Assembly: GCA_030141605.1 (NCBI GenBank)
Contig: JAQGDQ010000596.1
Coordinates: forward strand, 68,627-132,626
Length of the DNA: 64,000 nucleotides
Direction: 5' to 3'
Source: Tubiluchus corallicola
Lineage: Eukaryota; Animalia; Priapulida
The notes under the pieces are model-generated. The model saw only the letters and a list, made by a program, of their open reading frames with translations, was not told the DNA's origin and ran no database searches. The translations under genes were made by a program, and so were the position numbers. Of this stretch, positions 50,882-63,600 are shown in pieces (the stretch's first letter is position 1; each line of letters starts with the position of its first letter).

Positions 50882-52039
50882 CTTGTTATTACCAGCTGTC
50901 CGAACTCCGTACGTTGACGAACGAAATTGACAATGTGAAAAATGTTTGACTAGGAGGCATCCCTGGGAAATGCGAATGTTGTGAACTAAATTTGCTCGCA
51001 AAGAATAAACTTATGCTAAAATCCTCAAAATTTAAAAAATACCACTGATGCTTCTGTTTCTAAACGTGCGTCTAAAAGTAAGATACATAATATAAGTAAT
51101 TTGCCTAGACGATTTATAGGCAAAACTAACAACAACAAACTGCCAAATAATCAGTAACAATTTAAGTCTTTCTGATGAACGTCTATTGTCACTGCTTCAG
51201 TGGAAGATCATTTGTGTCAATCTTTGAATCGCTGATCACTATCAAATTCTATGACAATTAACATAATTTTACATAACAGGTAAATATTTAGGTAAATAAA
51301 AAACGATATGTATCTGTCTATCTGTAATTTATACCTTTAAGTTAAGCATTTTAGACTGTTAAAGAGTGGCTAATGGCCTTGTCTGGGCCGATACGTATAA
51401 AAATAGCAACAAAACAAATAAATATTTGATATTGATAGCAAATATAAATACTTGATAATCCTCGAGTAAAACTGGGAAACCACTGAACTGCAAAAGTTGT
51501 AACAGGTGTTACAAAATATAACTGTACAACAAATACTTTGCTTAGTCTTCGTTGGCTCAAAAGACGTCGTACTTAGTTTTAACTTGCAAAACATTATACA
51601 TGTACTTGCTCCAGCTTACTTGGTCAATCGTTTACATTTCGTATAATTTGTGTAGCAGGAACACACGAAAGATAACAAAGAAAATGAATTAGAATTTATT
51701 GTACGTTTTAATAAAAAGAAAGTCTTTGTTGATTTGCGATTTTCAAGTATTGATCCAAATTGTTGAAATAAGCTACCAAGTGAAATTAGAACTTACACAT
51801 AAAAAGAAACTGAAATCTTGTCTTTTGGTCTGTATTTCAATGTAGAAATAACAATGTTTTGTAGAGTTTTATGATTTACAGATATGTCCAATGGTTTATG
51901 TATTATGGCTTTTTAGTACTTTTTTCTAAATATTTTTAATTTTACAGCACCTTTAAAAAAACTTATTAAAAAAACCGCTTTGTCTTATAAAACAACTGAA
52001 AAAATATAATAATCTCTCGAAATCGGAAAACTCAAACGT

Positions 52040-52090
52040 TTACTCAGCCAAGACTCGAACCCGCAACCTTCTGATGACGTCCTAACATTA
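52040..52090 (-). mobile_element. tRNA-derived SINE head fragment
   Basis: Minus strand atcagaaggttgcgGGTTCGAGTCtt resembles a tRNA variable arm plus B-box; no full cloverleaf. Confidence 0.4.
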
Positions 52091-52185
52091 AATATCCCAA
52101 TTTTTGCTTTTTTCTGCGCCATATTTACAGCATCATCATTACATTTACCTGAGCCATTATTAGTTACAGTCCCTTTATACTGACA

Positions 52186-52265
<80 letters not shown>

Positions 52266-52282
52266 CATCATTATTATTATTA
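52186..52282. repeat. (ATT)n microsatellite
   Basis: Read directly. Confidence 0.95.
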
Positions 52283-52650
52283 GTGATTCTTGTACACTGA
52301 TGACAGATACTTGTATACTTGCACAATTCTTGTACACAAAACATTGACACCTTCATTTATTGTAATTACTTGTTATGCTTCCTACACGTTTATTAGTTAT
52401 TAATATGATCAAGCTAGCGTGGTCAAATAACCTGCAATAAGATCAGTTACAATGTTGCCTAGCTGACACGATACGTGACACTAATACTTGTTATTTATGA
52501 AAAGTTGCACCACAAAGCCGGGTGTAGTCAACACGTACGTGGGTGTTGACAGTTTTCAAAAAATAATGAGTTTTTGTGAGTTGTTTTTCTCACGTGAAAT
52601 ATGTAGACCGCTCAGTGACTCGTCTGTTTGCGTCACAATGCGTGTATCAT

Positions 52651-53494
52651 TGACGTCATCTAGTGTGACTTTAATTGATGTTTTTTACACAAGTTGAAAG
52701 TTTTGTGAAACGCATGCAAGTGTTCCCAACTGTGACTAAAGGTTGAAAAATAAAAAAAAATTTAAATTTGCATAAGACTTAAAAAACAAAATAAACAAAA
52801 TCAAATAGGTTAGCGAGTGATTATTATTACAAATTCGTACATAGGTCAATGGTCGTTCACATATTTTATGGTCTTAACACTGAGCCTGTTATTGTACAAA
52901 CTGCACATGTGTGGTAAGCACAAAGGGGATGTACTTTATATTCTGCTTAGAAGTTCACAACTACAATTATATGACTCCACGTCCGTATTTTACAAGCCAG
53001 TTCTTGTGCAGGGGTGATGATGACGTCACAAATTCCTAGAAGTACATCTACATTTCCAAAAAATTGCAGGTTTATTACTAGCCACAAAAATATTATTTTT
53101 CTTTCCCTGCTATTAAGTTTGCTTGGCTAAGTTATTAATATAGGAGACAAGTTATCTGATAATTGTTATTATTTCAAAAAAAAACTCTTGTGGTAGTTCC
53201 CTTATCTTCTTTGTGTAATATTCTTGAAAATATATTCAAATATTTATTAGTTCGATGCGTTTTTAAATTCATGACTATAATAGTCTCCCCCCCCCCAGAA
53301 CAGTAAAGTCGCAGGATAAACTTAGCATTGAATTTGCCCTTCCGTCTACAGTTCTGTATTTTTAAATGAACGAATACTTTTTCCAATCAGCTATGATGTT
53401 GTCACTAATATGTAGCTCGCGAAGAAGCGGCTATATATGCATTTTAATTGCAACTTAGTATCTAAATAAAACTCACATTTTGCAATTGACGTCA
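52651..53494. promoter_or_regulatory. Cluster of three perfect CRE palindromes (TGACGTCA)
   Basis: Sites at 52651, 53021 and 53487, in the interval between divergent SPT6 and the chitin-binding gene. Confidence 0.4.
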
Positions 53495-54356
53495 AGAATG
53501 TTGGTCATTCTCACCGCCTCCACTGTGACGTAAGCAAGCCTCCACTGTGACGGGACAACAGTTCACGCGGGATAACAACGTGTTTAGTAAACAACATGAC
53601 AACTAATGTCTAATCAGCAGGTAAACTGAATGTACTTTTTCATTCACAAAATTTACAAGGCGGCAGGTATTTTGCACAAAATTAAAACTTCAAGCAGCCA
53701 AAAACGACTTTACAGTTTAAGCAGAATGACATGTTTTCAAGGTTTCTAAGAACAATGCATTAAGATGGGTGCCTAGTCGCGTTAGCACGTAAAGGAACTA
53801 AGCCAGTTAAGCCTAGCTGTAAGACAAATGGGCAACAAAATATTTTTACCAAAGTTCCTCTTGCCTTTGAATATACGAACACATCATACATGCGACATTT
53901 AATTGATGATGTGGTAATCCGCAAAATTTTATCCACTATTAGTATCTTTCCAAGAGTTTGTCAGGCTACGGAAATGGAATAGATTTGATTGTTCTATTCC
54001 GTAGACAATCCTTGGACTGATTGCCCGAGTTACATAAATCACAAACCATGATTGTAATCAGAAAAAATCGTCAAATTAACCAATGATGTATAATACAAAT
54101 TTTGACCAATTTTGAACTGACCAGGAAAAAAAATTCCTGATAATTTTGCCTGCTGACACTAAACAAGCCTATATTACAGAACTCAATGGCAGGTCGAAAT
54201 GGATGTAGATTGTTATACTGAGATCAGATTAACTAGTTTATTTCTTCACTCACTTTGCAGAATTCACTACAAAGTTGTTTTGGATTAAGACGTGTTTCGC
54301 ATGGCAAGGTTTGCCTTGGGCTATTATTTTCAACACACCTGGGTGGACTCACCACC

Positions 54357-54363
54357 TATATAA
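54357..54363 (+). promoter_or_regulatory. TATA box of the chitin-binding gene
   Basis: cTATATAAg about 55 nt upstream of the ATG at 54412. Confidence 0.6.
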
Positions 54364-54411
54364 GCCTGTTTATCTTAACACTGACATAGATTTCAGCCCA
54401 GTGTTATCACA

Positions 54412-57400
54412 ATGAAGACTTTGTTCCTAGCTATTGCTATTTCGTTTACCGGTAAGTTGTTGTTCTTTAGTACTGGGTATAGTTTTGTTTATCTTGTAAC
54501 AAACATTACTGATAAATAGTTATGACAAACTGGCTTGGTTTCAATTTGACATATGACTTGTGCAAAATTTGTTAACCCTGCCAGGGCGACGATCTTGTAC
54601 TAATGTTGACACAATATTTTTCCAAATATTTGGACAATATGGAAATGTGGACTTGCCAAAGCATTGTGCCAATATTTTTAAACAATATAGTGTAGCAATT
54701 TATTGATTTTTTGGAAACGAGAGCCGATTAAATATGTGTAAATCTTGTGCTTACAATATTGGTCCAATATTGTACCATTAATTGAACACAAATATCAATG
54801 CTGTACAAACATGGGGACAATATTTTCCGAACATATTTTTTGTTAAAATCATGACAAGATTGTGACCATTTGGTAACAAGATTGTGTGCCGTCTTGGGCA
54901 GCCGTAAGGTTAATATGAATCAAATTTCTCGACATACGTTTCTTCCGCAATCATTTTTACTGTGGAAGGAGATTTACTAAAAATTAATGCAACTCACGTC
55001 GTTGTCAGAAGGCGTGTGGTAAGAATATACGTCGTTCGGTTATTTTGAAACTTCGATTTATTAACTGCAGTAAATTTAGTTTAGATTGTACTTGTAAGAA
55101 CATGTTATATAGATGTTATATAGTCACTAATTCTTGCCAGTGGCTGGACTGCACCGCACGGAGATTAATAAGGCATATGAGGCTGTATAATACACAGCAT
55201 AATAGCTTAAATCTAGAATTATTATACTCCAAATGCTGTATTATTAATTTGCAAATTAAAGAATATTCCCTTTGTCGTATTTCAAACAGAAAACAATTAA
55301 AATAGCGAAATGGCTCACAGACCTTCATTCACTTTTACTGTCATTTTGTTTAGATATTTGTACAGGGTGTTCGGAAAGACACTGTGCTCCTATGTATTAA
55401 CTGACATGTTTCAATATAGCATACAGGAGATAAATATGAACGACAATTATAAACAATGTTCAAAGTGATCCCCGTTAGCATCAATACAGGCTTGGATCCT
55501 TCTGCTTTTGTTTGGATCAAAATCATAAAGGATCAAAAGCTGAAATGTCTAAAGAATAGTGCACAATTAGATAAGTGCACAGTGACTTTTCGAACACCCT
55601 GTACAATGGCTGAAATTAGTGGGGGTACTGCTTCCGAAAATCTTTGGCCATTGTTTTAATACTGTGCAAAACGGAACAAAACATATGTAATTTTAATGTT
55701 GTAATTTTAAACAAACAAACACATGAGAATTTATACGTAAACTTGATAAAATCCTAAACAAAAAAATCTTTTTTGCTTACTAACAGCCTAAATTGTCGCT
55801 GTTCAAGGTTGATCCATTCACGGTAATCACGTGACAACTGACAACAAACTGTGTGAGCGACAGTACTTTCTCTACCTGGGCTTAGACATGTGCGCATGCC
55901 CGCATGCGCACAACAGCCCAAACACCACGTTGTGCTGGGTTATCGTCGCGTGTTCTGGTTTCCGTACAAGTATAAAGAAAAAACTAAAGAAAAAAGACTT
56001 ATATTACGATGAATATTATCGATAATATTGAGTGAAAATAGAGGGTGCTGAAGTTTCACAGTATCTATACACGAGCCGCCACTGACCCTGTATATTGGTG
56101 AATTTAAGCTTCCTGCAAAATGTACGGTTTTGTTGCTTGCAATAAGAACTCAACATTAGCAGTATTGACTAAGATCTGCCTCTGTTTACACCAGATCAAG
56201 GTGAGGGATGCATTTAAATGGCTGACAAAGCGGGTGAGGGATGCATTTAAATGGCTGACAAAGCGGAAATAACGATGAATACTTAGCTAATGGAAACTTG
56301 GAGGTTAAACCGTTAAACCGTTTAGGTGCAGTAACCACTCAATTTATAATTACTAAATTAGATCCGGGTCGGGCGTTTGTTGCTTGAGATGTCCATTAAA
56401 ACAGGTGCATTGCCCGTACGTGCCACGTTGAACACTTTGTTTGGCTTATTATTTTCATGTAAATCGCAGAAACAAAACCTGGCCTACAACACTAGAAAAA
56501 ATGGGTGAAAACCTTCGCCAAGTAACGGGTTACGATACAAAAAATAACTCTTGAGTCTCTTTTACTAGTTAAAATGCAAAAAAGGTCTTTAGTTTTCGTC
56601 GTTCTTGAACTTCTGTCACGCACAACATGGCCTTCAGGCGTTGCCAATCAAGAAATTTACTTTAAGCAAGGCTTTCATTCCCTGCCACAAAGGCTACAAG
56701 AGTCATACTGTCTCGTACTTGAATATATTGACGACATATTTTTTATTTTATTTGATATGATAGCCCTATGTCATGTGGGCCAAACAAGACACATTTTACA
56801 AAAGATCCACATCAATCTACATGCATATATGAGAGCATTTGGCTACGGTACATTGTATCAAATACATCAGATGACTTTTCTTCATTACTAAGCATTACAT
56901 AGTTAGGATTCAGCTCAATTATAAAACTAATTAAAAAGTTATGTTCTTCTGTGTTCTTTGGGCAATTGAAACAAAAAAAATGATATTCAACCTCTATGAC
57001 ATTGCAGATTTCACAAAGACGATCCTCTCTAGCTATCCGAGGTCTATAATAACTGCCTGTTTCAATTGCCAAGACTGTGTGCATTAGTTCTAAGTTTACT
57101 TAACGATTTCCTGTCTTTAATATTTTTGAAATCTCATAAATAAGATTCAAATATAAAATCTGATTAAACATGTTGATAAAATTGAAATTTAGATATATTT
57201 GTTACAGACTGTCTCCAGGTTATTACATAGTTAACTTTATGTCCTTCTTCAGCAAGGCAAACTGTATTAAGCGGTATGACGTCAGCATCTAACAATGTGT
57301 TTAAGCGGTATGACGTCAGCATCTAACAATGTGTTCAAATGTATCCCATTTAACACCAGGTTAAATGATTCATACCGAGGAAGATCTGGGATTTTACTAA

Positions 57401-59634
57401 GACTGTATGCTTCGTGGCATAGTCTAGTTTCTAGTGAAGCGAAACTAGTCGAAGCCAAAATTTTACTGCACTACACTAGACATAGACATAGACATTTATT
57501 TTCTCCAAGTAGTTTAACATCAAAAGTTTTTTAAATATTAAGTAATTATTATCATGGAGCAGGGCAGGGAAGGACCATAGGGTCATCTAGTCTCCTGCCC
57601 TTTCTTATAAATAGATTAGTCATATTAAAAATTAATGGTGATGCTGCAGATAACAAAAACAAATAAGAAAAAATACAAATAAAAACAGTATAAATGATAC
57701 AAATTATCCAAAAAGAACTGTAAAAAAGTAAAGTTGGATACCAAAATCTAAACAAAACAATACAATTATTTAGTAATTAGGATTACCATATGTAGTAGTT
57801 TCAAATGGGGTCTTATTAACAGGGGAATTTAACCAAGGTTAGTGAGTAAAGTTAAAACAGTGAGAGTATGGAAAGAAAAAATAAGTATCAATAGTGTAAT
57901 ATAGAAAAATTTATGAGAAAAAGTAAGTATGAGAAAGAGCAACAATTATTTAGGAGATGAGGAGAAAAAAAGAAAAAAACTTGCTAGCTTTCTTATTAGT
58001 CTTACAAGTTATGTACTACAGGTATATTCATTTAGTAAGAATTTTGTGTTTTTTTTGGCTACACTACACTACACTACAGGGAATATCCAAATAAATTGCG
58101 TTGTGTCATAGGTCCTTTGGTAGATATAATAATAAACAACAAAGTGTTGGAAAAGTTACGATGCCTCTTAAAATTAAGATACGCCCCGTGTTTTTTTACG
58201 AAGAACAAAAGTCACTTCATATAAGAGTCACGTGACACGCCAACGACAAAGTATTTTCTGAAGAAGTCAGCAGTTTTTAAGTACGATATGAGTGGGAACA
58301 CTGGAGTTTTTTAAATTGCTTATCTTTTGCTTGCATTTGAATGTGGCAAACTGCAAATTAACTTAATATGCTTTATTGATTTTATCCAAAATGCAGTCAC
58401 AACCGAAGAGTAACTATTCGTTTCAGTGAAATGTTTTTGACAAAGTCGTTCTAATTTGATAGAATCTATAGTTCAATGCAAAACCAACTTTATTAAGTGG
58501 AATGAGCTTGTTTATTTAATGAGTAACTATGAGATGTGTAAAATTGCTGATACAGTTTCCTTTAAGATGTTAGAAAATAAAGACGATTATAGCATAGATA
58601 CAACGATGGTGAAACATCAATGAATTTATTAGTTTTATCTATTTAAGTTTTTACAAAATCTGTACTTTTTATGACATACAAGTTAGTTCCCGATCTTAGT
58701 ACATCTGAACTCGCACCATGTCAATTTTTTTCTTTCATTGATTTATTTTAATTTTGTGAAATTTGGTCTCTTATGGCTCAAAGTTGACCTCCTATTTGCT
58801 GCACTTGTGTTATCTGTACTTAAACATTTTACAGATGAGACGAAAGCAAATTTTATTTTTCCACCTTTATCTAGTAAAAATGGGGATGCTTTCACAAATT
58901 TTATTCGCAATTTCCTCTTTGTTAAGATAACTCCTATTTTTTGTTTTTATATATATATAGTTGCGCACGGTGGAACAGTGAGAGAAAAGAGACAGTTTGG
59001 GTCGTTCCCGTTTGCATTTGGTCCGGCTGAAATTGAATGCGACTGGAACGTGACTCGGTTTAGAGAACACGAGACGTTCTGCGATGTGTTCTACGAATGT
59101 GACTTGGTTGGAGTCTACAGACTGAAGCGCTGCCCTTTCGGCTTGGTGTGGAATCAGTACTGTCCTCTTGAGGGACGCTGTGACGTAGCAACAGATGATC
59201 AATTACAAGCTTGTGATGGCAGCAGGCTAATGCAGCCAGCACAATTTGGCGTTGACGACACTCTAACTTACCTGAATTGGACTGGAACGGCGCCACGAGA
59301 TCTGGGTGAGTCTTTGTAACATAGAGCAGGAAATACTTGAAACAGTCATAAGTTGCAGTGGGTATCTTTAACAGGTCAGACAAGGTCAAAGGCCACATGA
59401 GCAGTATTTCCTTGTAAGTCAGACGAGGTCACAGGTCACAAACGAACATTGAAATAAGCTTAACGTAAGAGAAAGCTTGACGTTTCATTTAAATTTTTAC
59501 GTTGTTTTACGCAGAATTGTACAACCCATGGTGCAACTTTGACTGTGGTGATGGCGAGGTGCTTCCTGGCTGGGCAGAATGTGATGGAATACAACAGTGC
59601 AGCAACGGAGCAGACGAACAAGATGATATTTGTG
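54412..59634 (+). CDS. Secreted ChtBD2 (peritrophin-A/CBM14) + LDLa protein, chitin-deacetylase-like N-terminal architecture; partial, exons 54412-54451, 58961-59305, 59515-59634
   Basis: Phase-1 GT-AG joins give MKTLFLAIAISFTVAHG (signal peptide), GTVREKR (furin-type site), C...FCDVFYEC...RCPFGLVWN...C (ChtBD2) and FDCGDG...CDGIQQCSNGADE...C (LDLa). A donor follows exon 3, so the gene continues. Confidence 0.82.
54576..54909. mobile_element. piggyBac-like MITE in intron 1
   Basis: TTAA|ccc...agg|TTAA ends; internal inverted and repeated acaatatt and atcttgt/acaagat motifs. Confidence 0.55.
55363..55601. mobile_element. Tc1/mariner MITE
   Basis: 31-bp TIR cagggtgttcggaaagacactgtgctcctat with 4 mismatches; TA on both sides. 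Confidence 0.9.
55604..56084 (-). mobile_element. hAT-type MITE family 1, copy 3
   Basis: Reverse complement of 13513-14024; perfect 8-bp TSD ACCCTGTA. Confidence 0.88.
56780..57250 (-). mobile_element. 3' fragment of a non-LTR retrotransposon ORF2 (C-terminal Cys/His motif; RTE-X-like by inference)
   Basis: LAIETGSY...REDRLCEICNVIEVEYHFF...CP matches the IETGR...R.C..C...EDE.HF...C pattern. Confidence 0.7.
57478..57620 (-). mobile_element. CR1/L2-group LINE 3' end
   Basis: Minus strand gggcaggagactagatgaccctatggtccttccctgccc stem-loop, then AATAAA and a (tgtcta)n tail. Confidence 0.55.
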
Positions 59635-59994
59635 GTGAGAAACTGGCTTCTCTAAGATTTTTCTCATTCTTGTTGATCACAGCGTTCTTGCCCAATGATC
59701 TAAGATCACGAATTTGCAAAAAAGCAAAAACCAGAAGACTACGTTCTGAACTAGAAGTTTGTATGAAACATTAAACTATTATTGCTGGATTACTGTATCT
59801 TACTGTAAGTAATCTTGACAAGACCAGGTTATCTTATAGGCAGTAGCCAAGGACTCCTCAAATTTAGGGGACTCTCGAGCTTTAGTACTTTTGGTAAAAC
59901 ATCTGTTTTTCATTGCCGCTGTGTTGAAATATGTGCTATAGTGATATTTCTTAACGAATTTTTTTATTGGCAAACGAAAGATAGCTACTCTAGT

Positions 59995-60483
59995 CTGTAG
60001 CGGATAGCCCTATAGGCTGAATAGGCTGAAGCCTAAGGCCCGGGATCAAAAGGGGCCCGGCAAAATAAAACGAAAAATTTTTTTTTTGTAAAAAAAATAA
60101 ATTGACAAAAGAGCAAGGGGACCGCCAAAATAAAATATAGAAAAAAGTTTTTTTCAAAGGTCAGTCACTATATTTCAAATCGGGTTTACACAAATCAAGT
60201 TTACACAATTTAAGTTTACACAATTCACGTTTACACAGTTTAAGTTTAAGTTCAAAATTTCAGTTTCCGAAGTTTTCTGGGGGCAAAGTCAGTTATAATT
60301 TCTGAAAAGTCCATTTTTTTCAACATATCTGACTCAATATGCATCAGTGATAAATTGTTTAATTTGTCATCCTTTACAAACGACGAGAGCTCCACAAAAA
60401 CACGTCAGCTCAGCAGTGTAGCAACATTTAAAAGGCCCGTTCCAAGCTCAAGCCTAAGGCCCATAAATCATAATCCGCCGCTG
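59995..60483. mobile_element. hAT-type MITE family 6
   Basis: Degenerate TIR ctgtagcggat / atccgccgctg; gcctaaggccc subterminal motifs; perfect 8-bp TSD ACTCTAGT. Confidence 0.85.
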
Positions 60484-60641
60484 ACTCTAGTTTATTTAAA
60501 CAATTTGCAGTAAGTTTACATTAAGGCATGTAAATGTCGGTAAAATACATCACGAGTTTTTTAAATGTTAAAAACGTGTGCGGGCGAGTTATAGGGTGGC
60601 TGCGTCCAAGATGTAAATTGCTATCGGTGTTGTGTCACACA

Positions 60642-63600
60642 GGTTCCTCGCAGAAACTATATGTAGAGAATTAGCTAAATGAATTTCTGTCATGTTGGTT
60701 CCTCACAGAAAGTATATGTAGAGAATTAGCTAAATGAATTTGTGTCATGTTGGTTCCTCACAGAAACTATATGTAGAGAATTAGCTAAATGAATTTCTGT
60801 CATGTTGGTTCCTCACAGAAACTATATGTAGAGAATTAGCTAAATGAATTTCTGTCATGTTGGTTCCTCACAGAAACTATATGTAGAGAATTAGCTAAAT
60901 GAATTTGTGTCATGTTGGTTCCTCACAGAAACTATATGTAGAGAATTAGCTGAATGAATTCGTGTCATGTTGGTTCCTCACAGAAACTATATGTAGAGAA
61001 TTAGCTAAATGAATTCGTGTCATGTTGGTTCCTCACAGAAAGTATATGTAGAAAATTAGCTAAATGAATTTCTGTCATGTTGGTTCCTCACAGAAAGTAT
61101 ATGTAGAGAATTAGCTAAATGAATTTCTGTCATGTTGGTTCCTCACAGAAACTATATGTAGAGAATTAGCTAAACGAATTTCTGTCATGTTGGTTCCTCA
61201 CAGAAACTATATGTAGAGAATTAGCTAAATGAATTTCTGTCATGTTGGTTCCTCACAGAAAGTATATGTAGAGAATTAGCTAAATGAATTTGTGTCATGT
61301 TGGTTCCTCACAGAAACTATATGTAGAGAATTAGCTAAATGAATTTCTGTCATGTTGGTTCCTCACAGAAATATGTGAAATTAGCTAATGAATTTTGTCA
61401 TGTTGGTTCCTCACAGAAACTATATGTAGAGAATTAGCTAAATGAATTTCTGTCATGTTGGTTCCTCACAGAAACTATATGTAGAGAATTAGCTAAATGA
61501 ATTTCTGTCATGTTGGTTCCTCACAGAAACTATATGTAGAGAATTAGCTAAATGAATTTCTGTCATGTTGGTTCCTCACAGAAACTATATGTAGAGAATT
61601 AGCTAAATGAATTTCTGTCATGTTGGTTCCTCACAGAAACTATATGTAGAGAATTAGCTAAACGAATTTCTGTCATGTTGGTTCCTCACAGAAACTATAT
61701 GTAGAGAATTAGCTAAACGAATTTCTGTCGTGTTGGTTCCTCACAGAAACTATATGTAGAGAATTAGCTAAACGAATTTCTGTCATGTTGGTTCCTCACA
61801 GAAACTATATGTAGAGAATTAGCTAAATGAATTTCTGTCATGTTGGTTCCTCACAGAAAGTATATGTAGAGAATTAGCTAAACGAATTTCTGTCATGTTG
61901 GTTCCTCACAGAAAGTATATGTAGAGAATTAGCTAAACGAATTTCTGTCATGTTGGTTCCTCACAGAAAGTATATGTAGAGAATTAGCTGAATGAATTTG
62001 TGTCATGTTGGTTCCTCACAGAAAGTATATGTAGAGAATTAGCTAAATGAATTTGTGTCATGTTGGTTCCTCACAGAAACTATATGTAGAGAATTAGCTA
62101 AACGAATTTCTGTCATGTTGGTTCCTCACAGAAACTATATGTAGAGAATTAGCTAAATGAATTTCTGTCGTGTTGGTTCCTCACAGAAACTATATGTAGA
62201 GAATTAGCTAAATGAATTCGTGTCATGTTGGTTCCTCACAGAAACTATATGTAGAAAATTAGCTAAATGAATTTCTGTCATGTTGGTTCCTCACAGAAAC
62301 TATATGTAGAGAATTAGCTAAATGAATTTCTGTCATGTTGGTTCCTCACAGAAACTATATGTAGAGAATTAGCTAAATGAATTTCTGTCATGTTGGTTCC
62401 TCACAGAAACTATATGTAGAGAATTAGCTAAATGAATTTCTGTCATGTTGGTTCCTCACAGAAACTATATGTAGAGAATTAGCTAAATGAATTTCTGTCA
62501 TGTTGGTTCCTCACAGAAACTATATGTAGAGAATTAGCTAAATGAATTTGTGTCATGTTGGTTCCTCACAGAAACTATATGTAGAGAATTAGCTAAATGA
62601 ATTTCTGTCATGTTGGTTCCTCACAGAAACTATATGTAGAGAATTAGCTAAATGAATTTCTGTCATGTTGGTTCCTCACAGAAACTATATGTAGAGAATT
62701 AGCTAAATGAATTTCTGTCATGTTGGTTCCTCACAGAAACTATATGTAGAGAATTAGCTAAATGAATTTCTGTCATGTTGGTTCCTCACAGAAACTATAT
62801 GTAGAGAATTAGCTAAATGAATTTCTGTCATGTTGGTTCCTCACAGAAACTATATGTAGAGAATTAGCTAAATGAATTTCTGTCATGTTGGTTCCTCACA
62901 GAAACTATATGTAGAGAATTAGCTAAATGAATTTCTGTCATGTTGGTTCCTCACAGAAACTATATGTAGAGAATTAGCTAAATGAATTTCTGTCATGTTG
63001 GTTTCTCACAGAAACTATATGTAGAGAATTAGCTAAATGAATTTCTGTCATGTTGGTTCCTCACAGAAAGTATATGTAGAGAATTAGCTAAATGAATTTG
63101 TGTCATGTTGGTTCCTCACAGAAACTATATGTAGAGAATTAGCTAAATGAATTTGTGTCATGTTGGTTCCTCACAGAAAGTATATGTAGAGAATTAGCTA
63201 AACGAATTTCTGTCATGTTGGTTCCTCACAGAAACTATATGTAGAGAATTAGCTAAATGAATTTCTGTCGTGTTGGTTCCTCACAGAAAGTATATGTAGA
63301 GAATTAGCTAAATGAATTTCTGTCATGTTGGTTCCTCACAGAAACTATATGTAGAGAATTAGCTAAACGAATTTCTGTCATGTTGGTTCCTCACAGAAAC
63401 TATATGTAGAGAATTAGCTAAATGAATTTCTGTCATGTTGGTTCCTCACAGAAAGTATATGTAGAGAATTAGCTAAATGAATTTCTGTCGTGTTGGTTCC
63501 TCACAGAAACTATATGTAGAGAATTAGCTAAATGAATTCGTGTCATGTTGGTTCCTCACAGAAAGTATATGTAGAGAATTAGCTAAACGAATTTCTGTCA

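Noticed and set aside
52040-52090. tRNA gene
   Set aside because: Only a B-box and T-arm-like piece; no acceptor stem or D-arm.
58738-58960. N-terminal part of the 193-aa ORF
   Set aside because: Intronic read-through; the exon begins after tatatag at 58961.
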